Origin: Catajapyx aquilonaris | Taxonomy: Eukaryota | Assembly: GCA_000934665.2 (NCBI GenBank) | Contig: KZ538828.1 | Location: 1-45,525, forward strand | Length of the DNA: 45,525 nucleotides | Direction of reading: 5' to 3' | In this document: piece after piece, positions 25,402-37,361 of the stretch | How the letters are laid out: each line of letters opens with the position of its first letter | How positions within the stretch are numbered: the first letter of the stretch is position 1 | Program-made: the position numbers and the translations under genes | Notes under the pieces: model-generated | Told to the model about the DNA's origin: nothing | Seen by the model: only the letters and a program-made list of their open reading frames with translations | Database searches by the model: none

Positions 25402-26102
25402 ACTTAGATGGTTTCACTCCCATAATAATCAGCCAACCAACCAAGGGACGGTACTGTGTAAAGGCTGCAAAACGTTATTTCCAGGAAGACATATCACACA
25501 ATGCCTAAAATTGTGGCACGCAGAGAAAAAAAAACTACAATGTAACAAAGGCAGACATAATTATGACAGTGTGCTAAATAATGCGCCAAAGAAATCATCT
25601 GCAAGAAGGCTATGAAAGTGGTTGGCACTTGGGTTGTTGGCAAGAGAACAAAAATTTAAACATATTTAGGCACAACATTACACTTTGGGATAACATCTTA
25701 TCACTGAAAAATCAATCCTGAAAAATACGTGACTGATGAAATGCCACACATGTTTTTCTGGGTTGCATTTTCGAGATAATAAAATTCCACAGGCGCATTA
25801 CACCCGCGTTTCTCTTTCATTTGACGTATAATATTATGTTGATTGGGATTTGACCACTTCCACTAACCGAAAAGATTATCCAAAAAAAGGCCCCATTTTA
25901 GAAATGTCGCGACTTTTTCCCTCCCCACAGCATTTCGCAATTTGGCTGAAACTTGATAATCAGCATTACGGGATAAGTGTGTACAGCTGTGATTATGTTC
26001 AGAAAAATCCGAGATGGTCTACCAACATTTAGGCCCACTTGATTGGGAAAAATTGCAATATTTGAGGACTTTGGTTTTTTGACTGCCCCGAGGTCAAAAA
26101 CA

Positions 26103-29100
26103 CTCCGTAAATTTCTTTGAGTGGTTTTTAGCCCCATTTGAGTGATTTTTCACTCAACCTTCACCTTAAAATTGGAAGCAATCAATTTGAGTCGTTTACT
26201 TGAGCACTTTTATGTCGCTCAAAATGTGAGCATTACCTGAATCAGTTTGAGCACTACGTGACTCCATTTGAGTATAAATTCTTCTCAATTTGAGTATTCT
26301 CAAGACCTCAAATTTGAGTGACTTACCTTCACTCGAATTTTGTGCGATCCTACCCCTGACCTCTTTCCTACAATACTAAGAATTGTTGCAGTATCACTAC
26401 GAAAGGTTCATTAAGATAAACATGTTATTTTCTCCATCATAGCGCTGATATAATTGTTTAACTCGAAAATGGGCCACGTTCATCAAAAAGCAGAATTTAT
26501 AATCGCAATACTGCAGCAGTCTTGCCATATATACAACACTATAAAATGTGCCGTATGAATTCTTAGCAGCAATTAAATACAACACATAAATAGGCAAATA
26601 CCATTTATTAAATGTTCATATTATTTACATTTATACAACCAAATAACTCTTCATGAGCCCTGGGGCTCCTTTCCGTATCAAAGACCACAATAGTATTGTT
26701 CAAGAAAGTCAAAAACATGGATTTTATAATAATTGGATTAATTTTTTTTACTTTCTTGAAGAGTACTACATTGTGGTCTTTCATATATCAAAGACCACAA
26801 TAGTACTGTTCAAGGAAGTCAAAACAATTAATCAAATTATAAGTACCGGTAACATAAATGTGACAATAATACATATTAAATGTTCACATTATTTATACAA
26901 CCAAATAACTGTTCATGAGTAGCCCTGGGGCTCCTTTCCCTATCAAAGACCACAATAGTACTGTTCAAGATAATTTTTAAAAAGGAATCAAATTATAAGT
27001 AACATAAATGTGACAATACCCAACTGATCATAAATGAATGGAAGTGGGAACATCCTTATTAAACACTTATTCAAGACTTATTAAATGTTCAGATCATTAT
27101 TTTATGCAACCAAATAACTATTCATGGGTAGCCCTGGGCCTCATTTCTATATCATAAATCCCACAATAGTACTGTTCAAGAAAATCGAAAAAGTATCAAG
27201 TTTTCATCATACGAGTTTATGTTGAAGATGTGGTGCATTTTGATTAATAGGTCCAATAATGACCTCAGAAAGGATGTTCCCACTCCCATTAATTTATGAT
27301 CCAGGACCAAAAAGTATTTCTGTGGGGTTTTAATTGATACACATATCAGAATGTATGACTGAAGCTGCCCATCACTTTTGTTGGCTGCCACCTCTTCAAT
27401 ATTTGCACCCACCTGAAGAACAATAATCCGCATTAGACCTTTATTATACATATTCAATAAAACATGGTTGATGGCATGAATTACAGACACTTTAAAGCAA
27501 ATTTTGCCTAATGAAAAAGTCATTGATATTAGAGAGCCTTATTGATATGCTAAGAATAATATTTGTTCAATAATGCTGTATTTCTGGAAAAAAATATGCC
27601 ACTTGAACATTTATGTTTCCTTGTGTTTGTTACTTACCGGAACATATTTCGCTAGCGCTGTCCTTTTGACAACCTTGCTTGACCTTCCCTTGCCTTTCCT
27701 TTTCCTTTACTTGGTTTCAAAAGCTCTAGCAGCAAAAAAAAAAAAAAAAACTGCTTGCATTCCTCCTCCTGCTGATAAAAACCATGCAGTCATATAGCCA
27801 GATATGTAACTTTTGAATGAATATAATAAAAGGCAATGAAATACCTTCAGGAATGTCACACACTTCCAACATTAGCTCGGGTTTCATTTTCTGCACATAT
27901 TATGCAATTTGTGGCTCGGTTGAGCCTGCTGAATTCCACATCACTATCTGCAAGAGACAAATCTACAACATGCTGCACAATATGTAAAATTATGTCATAA
28001 ATTAGTGCATACCATATAAGGATCCCTTTGTAACCCAAGCACGTGGGATATTTTTTTTCCAAAATATCTGTAATAGGTGAGGCTTTCTGCACTATTTTCT
28101 TTTGCCTGCTGACGTGCGTTGATTCCGTGTACTTTGTCATTTGTTCCATGTTAGACAGGATTGGAGGAGAATAGGCTACTTCATCCAGTTGACCTTTAAT
28201 GATGAAAGTTAACAATAGTCACAATTCGCATAGTGCACTAACTTAAAAAGAGGACGAAACATGATAGGTTCATATATTATTTGGTTGTTGACAAGGTCAC
28301 TTGAACTCGAGCGGCGGCAAATGAAACGATTTTTTATTTTGTTTTCCTGAACAGGTGGGAAACATGCATATAATTAGCGTTTTGCCATGCGGTACGGGGG
28401 GAGGAATGCCAGTCGGTACATACCGTATGAGTTACACCAGGTCTATATTAGGGTCAATAATAACGGCCGTCAAAAGCGGTCAAAAGTGTCCAAGCTGGCG
28501 TGCAATCTGCCCTACCCGGTATATGATAATGCCCATTACCAACATCATTTTAAATTCATGCAACTCACCTGCTGGTTTTTGCAACACTTCTTTCGGGATA
28601 TCCCGGTCCGGCTCGAGACTGTAGCACCTCAACCCTGCTACTCCAAGCTCTTCCATGGTGTAAGTGATTGCAGGCCGGATCACGAAATATGGTGGATGAT
28701 GCAATAGTCCGCAATAGCCAACAGGGGCAGTGGTCGAGAATGACGCAACACCGCGCAACACTGTCCACCTCCGACTCGGACTAAACATGGCGGATATCTG
28801 ATAATGCCGAATAGTGCTTACGTTTTCCTACAATTTGTGCGGCTCAGTACCTCCCTTGCTAACACTACAACTGACACAATACTTCCGCACTCTCCCAAGC
28901 AGTACACATCTGTACCTATTTTGTCACACAAACAATGGAACAAAAATGGATGTAATTATAGCAACTGCGGGACCCTAACCCTCTTGCGTATCATTGACGC
29001 TGCCAAAACTCTCATTGAGTGGAAAAGAACTCTAAAGGAGTGCAAAGGTTTTTGAGCGATAATCCCAGATAATTCACTCGACCGTTGAGTTAAATGTGAA

Positions 29101-29209
29101 TGCATTTGAGTGGGTAGTACTCACATTCCCCTTGAAAACTACTCAAATCGAGTAATTACCATGATTGCTCAATTTTTGAGCGATTTTTCACTCAAAATAT
29201 TTTACAGAG
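26103..29209. mobile_element. ~3.1 kb degenerate CACTA/CMC-like DNA transposon with 2-bp CA target duplication
   Basis: Empty site in copy C is GTCAAAAA-CA-AATCG (32881-32895). Filled site is AAAAA-CA-[CTCCGTAAA...TTTACAGAG]-CA-AATCG. Many subterminal TTTGAG(T/C)/CTCAAA motifs at both ends. Degenerate minus-strand exon remnants include VGANIEEV...QSYILI...YFLVLDHKL...LDLLIKMHHIFNI. Superfamily assignment is an inference. Confidence 0.8.
26609..27183. repeat. Internal dispersed direct repeats (~100 bp x3 plus a partial) within the CACTA-like element
   Basis: TAAATGTTCA...ACAACCAAATAAC...AGCCCTGGGG...AAAGACCACAATAGTA.TGTTCAAG recurs near 26610, 26878 and 27083. Confidence 0.8.
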
Positions 29210-29620
29210 CAAATCGAAGATAAAATTAATGCCCATTAAGAGTTATACTTGTGACATGAGAAACATGATTATTAGCAATAAGTTTTCATGAGCAATAAAT
29301 TATCGTGTTGCATAGTGGATGCCTTTGACTGCCTCTAAAAAAACAAATGTTACGCACGAAAACATGTTTTCCATCGCATCTGCGTACTTACATTTTTATA
29401 CGGGAGCATGACATAATTATATTGTGAGATATACCGTATTGTTTCGAAAGAGGACTGGTTATGAGGGATTGAATGTGAGAAAAGAGTGAAATGTAATCGA
29501 GAACTCTCACTTTACATAAAATATATGCCACGCTGGTGGCAGTTACATATTACTTTTACCAAAGAAAAAGAAAAGAGAATATAAGCTTTCGATGTGTTGT
29601 GCACAATTGGAACATTCATC

Positions 29621-31072
29621 TCAGGGGTCGTTCATGTCGAATTGCAGAAGAACTACCAAGTAAGTAGTAACAGCTCCAGCAACCTATTAGGAGAATTTTA
29701 AAAGAGAGCATTAAATGTCACAAAAATACAGTACGTCGTACAACGGTAAATGCGAAATACTGGGAACTCACTGAAGTTAGGAGGCTTCGATTGATGCGAA
29801 AGAGACCTAATGCCGTTATTTCAAAGTCAGACTGGGTCGACATCTTCTTCAGCAACTGCCAAATCTGGAATTGGCAAACATTATTATGAGATTACAGCCT
29901 TCAGTCATTCCTCTCCTCTCTAAGAATAAGGAACACCTCACTATGTTCTTGTACTGTGGTGGTAGCCATCTGATGTTTGTCAAACGAATGCTGTCGGCAA
30001 CCTGGAATCGTATAATTCACATGCTTCAAGACCACACTTTTCTCCTTCGTTAATTGCACTTTTTCAGCATCCTAGGCTGATATAACATAATTCATAAGAA
30101 CAATATATTATGACAATAATGAAGGCAATTAAGTGATCTGCAAGGTTGGTGTACCTGTCTTGGAATTTCAGCCAGGATCCAAGTGAAGGCAATCAACTGA
30201 ATGACTACGCTCGCCGACAATGCCCAGTTGATCACACCCCAAACCAATGTTTCTGAATCGTTTAAAGACTCATACTTGATGCCCTGATAAGCTGCCAAGT
30301 TCACTTCGAAAATCTTCTGCACGTAAAGGTAAATCAAGGAAAAACCGAAAACGTTGCTGATCTTCGCCACCAATCTTGGGATGCTCTGAAAGATGTCGCA
30401 CATCTCCACAATGGAGATGAATTCGCTCCGGCCAAGAGCTTTTTGCGACTTGTAACTGAGCAGATCCTTCAAGGTTATGGTCACATTGTCAAGCTTGCGA
30501 CCCAATTCTTGTACCACCAAAGCAAGTTCAATGGTCGCTGGAAACTGAATTACATTTAAAACGAAGTACATAAAAATCCTTCCGTACTCTCCATCAATGT
30601 CGCACATTCCAATCGAAACAAGGGACACGCAGATTTTTACCACCATGCCCAAACTCAGCATAATAAAACTGATCGGCATATGACGCTTCTGGGGCAGCAT
30701 GACCATTTTCTCTTCCATCTCCACAATTTGGCTAATTAACGAGCATACTGTGGGACACGTCATTACCATGTGAAGCATGTTCCAGGCACCTCCGAATGTG
30801 ACCTGGAAACAGTACAGCTTCATGATGGCAGAGGTGGTTGGAGACACGGATCCATTTTGGGTCCATTCGTCGGTTCGATGCAAAGAGACGACAAGGCTCC
30901 ATCCGAAAGCAGGGAGGGAAACAATCACGACGACAAAGCTGAACAAGGACTCCCAGGACCGCAACACGAATCGCGGGCCTTTATGGACAGAGCCAAATAT
31001 ATTTTTGGCGGGAAATAGGCCCACCACTTTGCACACTCGAAGAAGCCAAAGCAAGCAGTTGGAGACGGCCAT
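29621..31072 (-). CDS. Gustatory receptor GR8 (377 aa), triplicate copy B
   Basis: Exons 31072-30155, 30001-29942, 29864-29772, 29683-29621; same structure and TYLVVLLQF end as GR7. Confidence 0.92.
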
Positions 31073-31903
31073 TCTGTGATCGATGAAAAGTGTCTTCAGC
31101 GCTTTTAGATTCAGAACGACTTTTGTGAAACTGCCTCGTACGTGAGTATAAGTGTTTCAGATAGTCATGGGGGCCTGGATGTGGTGGAGATGACAAAGAC
31201 GAGTAATGATTTCCTGTGAGAGCTGTCACTCAACAAAGGTAGCCCGGGTAAGCGTCAACGCCTTTCCATCAAGTAAAAGATTAACGAGTGTAGTCCATTA
31301 TTAATAATCATAAAATGCTTTGTGTAAAAGCGTTTGTGTAAAAGCGTCCTAATGGACACGTTTTTTTTATGTCCTTGCTCTGGAGGATGAACCTCTCTGA
31401 TGATAATGAATGTGGGGGAAAAACTTCGTAACCCTCAAAAGTGTGAATTTTCAGGAGAGTGAATTGAAGTTTGCACTCTGATCACAGATCGTATGGAATG
31501 TGGGTTTGGATCTAGTCCGTGTTGCCGTCTCGTGCATGATACGTGAACTTGGAGTACATAAAACTGTTTCTTAATGTTGCTACCTGTTCAGGTCAAAAAA
31601 TTGACAAAAATGAGGGTTATGCAGTTTTTCCACCACACCCATCATGATGAACAGAAAATTATTAATATTTCCAATTGCGATAGTGCCCTTTGTTGGTACT
31701 GGCAAGAATCGTGTGGTGCGTCGGACTATTGGACTACGCCTTCAATAATCAATTACTGTGTCTATAAGGGCGTCACACAAAGCTGTGATCCTCAACAGGC
31801 AACTTTTGTCACTCGGGTTTTCCGCTTGGAGTTTTTCCATTAATTTCTTCCCACTGTCCAAAAATCTCCCTTCCCATCTCACCCTCCCCAGATAACCCTT
31901 CAT

Positions 31904-32111
31904 CAGGGAGTTCTCAACCTTTTTGGGTCTCCGCACCCCTTTGAAGACAGTTAGTTGGTCCTTGTCGCACCCCCTATACCAGAATACCACGGGTGCGTGA
32001 TTAAGTTCATAGTTAGACTAACTAAGTCCAGCAGTGCACCTTGCTCGCACCCCCAATGGGGACCACTTCGCACCCACTGGGGGTGCGGGCACCCCAGGTT
32101 AAGAACCTCTG
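31904..32111. mobile_element. Short hAT-like MITE remnant (copy 2, duplicated with the unit)
   Basis: CAGGGAGTTCTCAACC ... GGTTAAGAACCTCTG; paralogous to 25198-25401. Confidence 0.6.
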
Positions 32112-32268
32112 ACTTAGATGGTTTCACTCCCATAATCAGCCAAACAACCAAGTGACGATATTGTGTAAAGGCTGCAAAACATTATTGCCAGGAAGACATA
32201 TCACACAATGCCGCAATGTGGTACGCAGAGGGGAAAAAAACTACAATGTAACAAAGGGAGACATATTT

Positions 32269-32345
32269 GGAGGCCGTTATGCACAAAGGAACCAGGTGTA
32301 ATGGGAGTCACATTACACCTGGTTCCTTTGTGCATAAAGGCTTCC
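32269..32345. mobile_element. 77-bp hairpin mini-MITE with 4-bp AWTT target duplication
   Basis: 35-bp arms (2 mismatches) around a 7-nt loop GGAGTCA, flanked by ATTT and AATT. Copy B has the empty site GACAT-AATT-ATGACAG (~25554-25569). Confidence 0.85.
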
Positions 32346-33299
32346 AATTATGACAGTGTGCTAAATAATGCGCCAAAGAAATAATCTGCAAGAAGGCTAT
32401 GAAAGTGGTTGGCACTTGGGTTGTTGGCAAGAGAACAAAAATTTAAACATATTTAGGCACAGCATTATAATTTGGGATAACATCTTATCACTGAAAAATC
32501 AATCCTGAAAAATGCGTGACTGATGAAATGCGACATATGTTTTTCTGGGTGCATTTTCGAGATAATAAAATTCCACAGGCGCATTACACCCGCGTTTCTC
32601 TTTCATTTGACGTATAATATTATGTTGATTGGGTTTTGACCACTTCCACTAACCGAAAAGATTATCCAAAAAAGGCCCCATTTTAGAAATGTCGCGACTT
32701 TTTCCCTCCCCACAGCATTTCGCAATTTGGCTGAAACTTGATAATCAGCATTACGGCGGGATAAGTGTGTACAGCTGTGATTATGTTCAGAAAAATCCGA
32801 GATGGTCTACCAACATTTAGGCCCACTTGATTGGGAACAATTGCAATATTTGAGGACTTTGGTTTTTTGACTGCCCCGAGGTCAAAAACAAATCGAAGAT
32901 AAAATTAATGCCCATTATGAGTTATACTTGTGACATGAGAAACATGATCATTAGCAATAAGTTTTCATGAACAATAAATTATCGTGTTGCATAGTGGATG
33001 CCTTTGACTGCCTCTAGAAAAACAAATGTTACGCACGAAAACATGTTTTCCATCGCATCTGCGTACTTACATTTTTATACGGGAGCATGACATAATTATA
33101 TTGTGAGATATACCGTATTGTTTCGAAAGAGGACAAGTTATGAGAGATTGAATGTGAGAAAAGAGTGAAATGTAATCGAGAACCCTCACTTTACATAAAA
33201 TATATGCCACGGTGGGGGCAGTTACGTATTACTTTTACCACAGAAAAAGAAAAGAGAATATAAGCTTTCGATGTGTTGTGCACAATTGGAACATTCATC

Positions 33300-34842
33300 T
33301 CAGGAGTCGTTCATGTCGAATTGCAGAAGAACTACCAGGTAAGTAGTAACAGCTCCAGCAACCTGTTAGGAGAATTTTAAAAGAGCATTACATGTCACAA
33401 AAATACAGTACGTCGTACAACGGTAAATGCGAAATACTGGGAACTCACTGAAGTTAGGAGGCTTCGATTGATGCGAAAGAGACCTAACGCAGTTATTTCA
33501 AAGTCAGACTTGGTCGACATCTTCTTCAGCAACTGCCAAATCTGGAATTGGCAAACATTGTTCTGAGATTACAGCCTTCAGTCATTCCTCTCCTCTCTAA
33601 GAATAAGGAACACCTCACTATGTTCTTGTACTGTGGTGGTAGCCATCTGATGTTTGTCAAACGAATGCTGTCGGCAACCTGAAATCGTAGAATTCACATG
33701 ATACTGCAGGACACACTAATTCGTTAATTGCACTTTTTCAGCAGCCTAGGCTGAGATAACATAATTCACATGAACAATATATTATGACAATAATGAAGGC
33801 AAATAAGTGATCTGCAAGGTTGGTGTACCTGTCTTGGAATTTCAGCCAGGATCCAAGTGAAGGCAATCAACTGAATGACTGCGCTCGCCGACACTGCCCA
33901 GTTGATCACACTCCAAAGCAACATTTGTGAATCGCTCAAAGACGCATACTTGATGCCCTGATACGCCGCTATGGTCACTTCGAAAATCTTCTGCACATAA
34001 AGGTAAATCAAGGAAAACCCGAAAACGTTGCTCATCTTCGCCACCAATCTTGGGATGCTATGCAAGATGTCGCACATCTCCACAATGGAGATGAATTCGC
34101 TCCGGCCAAGAGCTTTTTGCGACTTGTAGCTGAGCTGGTCCCTTAAGGTCACGGTCACATTGTCAAGCTTGCGACCCAATTCTTGTACCACCAAAGCAAG
34201 TTCAATGGTCGCTGGAAACTGAATTACATTTAAAACGAAGAACCAGAAAAACCTGCCGTACTCTCCATCAAATCCGCTCATTCCAAGCGAAGCAAGGAAC
34301 ACGCAGATTTTTATCACCATGCCCAAACTCAGCATAATAAAACTGATCGGAATATGACGCTTCTGGGGCAGCATGACCATTTTCTCTTCCATCTCCACAA
34401 TTTGGCTAATTAACGAGCATACTGTGGGACACGTCATTACCATGTGAAGCATGTTCCAGGCACCTCCGAATGTGACCTGGAAACAGTATAGTTTCATGAT
34501 GGCAGCGGTGGTTGGAGACACGGACCCATTTTGGGTCCATTCGTCGGTTCGATGCAAAGAGACGACAAGGCTCCATCCGAAAGCAGGGAGGGAAACAATC
34601 ACGACGACAAAGCTGAACAAGGACTCCCAGGAACGCAACACGAATCGCGAGCCTTTATGAACAGAGCCAAATAGATTTTTGGCGGGAAAGAGGCCCACCA
34701 CTTTGCACATTCGAAGAAGCCAAAGCAAGCAGTTGGAGACGGCCATTCTGTGATAGAATAAAGGAGTCTTCAGCAATTTTAGATTCAGAACGACTTTCGT
34801 AAGACTGCCTCGTACGTGAGTATAAGTGTTTCCGATAGTCAT
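33300..34842 (-). CDS. Gustatory receptor GR9 (377 aa, or 409 aa from upstream ATG), triplicate copy C
   Basis: Exons 34842 (or 34746)-33829, 33678-33619, 33541-33449, 33362-33300; VAGAVTTYLVVLLQFDM. Confidence 0.92.
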
Positions 34843-35604
34843 AATGGCCTGGATGTGGTGGAGATGACAAAGACGAGTAATGATTTCCTCTGAGAGCTGT
34901 CACTCAACAAAGCGTGTAAACGTCAACGTACGCCTTTCCATCAAGTAAAAGATTACCGGGTGTAGTCCTTTAATAATCATAAAATGTTTTGTGTAAAAGC
35001 GTCATGCCAGTAATGGACACGTTTTTCCATGTCCTTTCTCTGGAGGATGAACCTCTATGATGATAATGAATGTGGGGGAAAAACTTCATAACCCTCAAAA
35101 GTGTGAATTTTCAGGAGAGTGAATTGAAGTTTGCACTCTTATCACAAATCATATGGAATGTGGGTTTGATCTAGTCCGTGTTGCCGTCTTGCGCATGATA
35201 CGTGAACTTGGGGTATAATATAAAACTGTTTCTTTCATAGTTGGTACCTGTTCAGGTCAACAAATTGACAAAAATGAGGGTTATGAAGTTTTCCCACCAC
35301 ACCCCTCATGATGAACAGAAAATTATTAATATTTCCAATAATTGCGATAGTGCCCTTTGTTGGTACTGGCAAGAATCGTGTGGTGCGTCGGACTATATTG
35401 GACTACGCCTTCAATAATCAATTACTGTGTCCATAAGGGCGTCATACAAAGCTGTGATCCTCAACAGGCAACTTTTGTCGCTGTAGATTCTATTAGTCGG
35501 AACAGACCTTGACAAACCTGGTTTCAGTGTCATTGTGGCCAAAACCACCTTGAACTTGACAGTGTGCATATATAGAAAGGCAGCCTCCTTTTTGGACATC
35601 AAAA

Positions 35605-37134
35605 ATGCCCGTTTCTGGCTCTCTAGTCTGGTTTCTTCGAGTCTCCAAGGCTCTTGGTTTATTCCCTGCCAAAAATGTATTTGGCAATGTCAGTCGGGGA
35701 CCTCTCTTTTCCCTGCGGTCCTGGGAATTTGCATACAGTTTCTTCGTCCTGATGATCTCTCTCCCTACTATCGGATGGGATCTGTTCAAATGCTTGCGCG
35801 TTGGTAGCCAGTCATCCACAAATGATACGTACCTTCCCACAATGTCTCTAACCACTAGGTCATTTTGCTACCAGGTCACACTTGGAGGTGCCTGCAACCT
35901 GATTCACATGGTGTTTACATGCCCCGCCATTTGCATGCTGATTCGACAGTTCATGGACCTGGATTTTAAGTTGCGTAATATCGGACATCCCCTGCCCTGG
36001 AGGACACAACACTGGAAAAGTCTAATTGTTCTGATTCTGGCCACGGGTGCCAAGATAGCGGCCAATTACTTCATGATATTCGGGGACTGGGAATATCTGA
36101 AAGATAATTGCACACAATATTCAATGCATGCCTTGCTCGTGGTGCTTCAGGTTCCGTCAATACTACAGATTGTCCTCATTGGCAAAGCACTAGGAATTAG
36201 GTTCGGGCATGTGAACACCACCTTGAAATATTTTCTCCGTCGAAACATGGCAACACAAGATGGCAAGAATGAGTGCTCCAAAATTAACAATTTGTGCGAC
36301 ATTTACCACAACTTAATCCGATTGGTGCCCGAGATCAGCAGAATTTTCGGCTTTTGCTTGATATTCACTTACTTGCAAAGATTTGTTGAAATAACAATAT
36401 CTGCATATATGGTCGTGAAACATTTAGACGACACAAACATATGGAGCTGGGGCTTGGTGTTCTGGGCATTAGCTACGACGTCAGTGATTCAGTTGACTGC
36501 ATTTACCTGGATTTTGGCGGAAATTCCCAGAATGGTACCTTGCATTACTTTTTGCATATTGTTGATGCGTACTTCAGTCATGTTTTTGATGGCGGGAAAT
36601 ATGCAATTTACATAATTATAGTACAATAACTATACTTTCTTCTATTTCAGGCAGCATCTGCTTACGATGACATTCGTCTGTCAGACATTAGATTCCTTCC
36701 GTCAGAGTGCAAGTACAAAGTACGATTATTCATTATCTTTCCTTAATATTATGTGTTCTATATGCAGAACTCTGCAACTGTTGCAGTGTAATATGCAGTG
36801 TAAGAATTTGCACTCAAACTGATGGAATCTCTCATTGTCGCAATTTATTGAACTTTACAGATCGCGCAGGTGCTGCAGACAATGTCTAATAGGCCATGCG
36901 CTGAAGTGACGGCTTTCAATCTGTTCGGCATCAGTCGAGGCCTGTTAACCGGGGTAAGTTTTTGCACTGCATTACATGTACAGTACAATAATAAAGTAAT
37001 TCTTATGTGTATTCGGTCTATGCACTTTTGTTAATTTTGGCATCTCTCATTGGCAGATGGCAGGAACTATCACTACTTATCTGGTGGTGCTGGTGCAATT
37101 CGACATGGGCGACAAGCCGAAGAGCTCTCCCTGA
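35605..37134 (+). CDS. Gustatory receptor GR10 (~389 aa), head-to-head with GR9
   Basis: Exons 35605-36534, 36651-36719, 36861-36953, 37057-37134. GLFPAKNVF; EVTAFNLFGISRGLLTG; MAGTITTYLVVLVQFDM. Confidence 0.92.
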
Positions 37135-37361
37135 GTTTTATTTTGTGTTCACAGCAAGATGTGTTTCCGTCTGTGTCAGTGGGTTTAAAAATAGCTCTAA
37201 CTTCATTTTTATAAGTGTGAAGTTGAAAATGACATGTTCTCTTTCAGTGTACTTCACCTACAATATTGTAATAGCCGGTGTCGCACCCAGAAGTCTGTGC
37301 TCGAAGAGAAACAATTAATTCCCTCATACGTATAGTAATAGTAACATTGACAATCTTCTGG

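Larger units (their letters stand above)
21720..35480. repeat. Tandem triplication of a ~3.7 kb GR-containing unit (A ~21720-25100, B 25101-31810, C 31811-35480)
   Basis: Introns and flanks are near-identical in three copies. The shared upstream sequence ends at ...CAACTTTTGTC (25100, 31810, 35480). Units A and B are lengthened by transposon insertions. Confidence 0.9.

Noticed and set aside
26609..27183. CRISPR-like repeat-spacer array
   Set aside because: Eukaryotic context, long irregular degenerate repeats inside a transposon, no cas genes.
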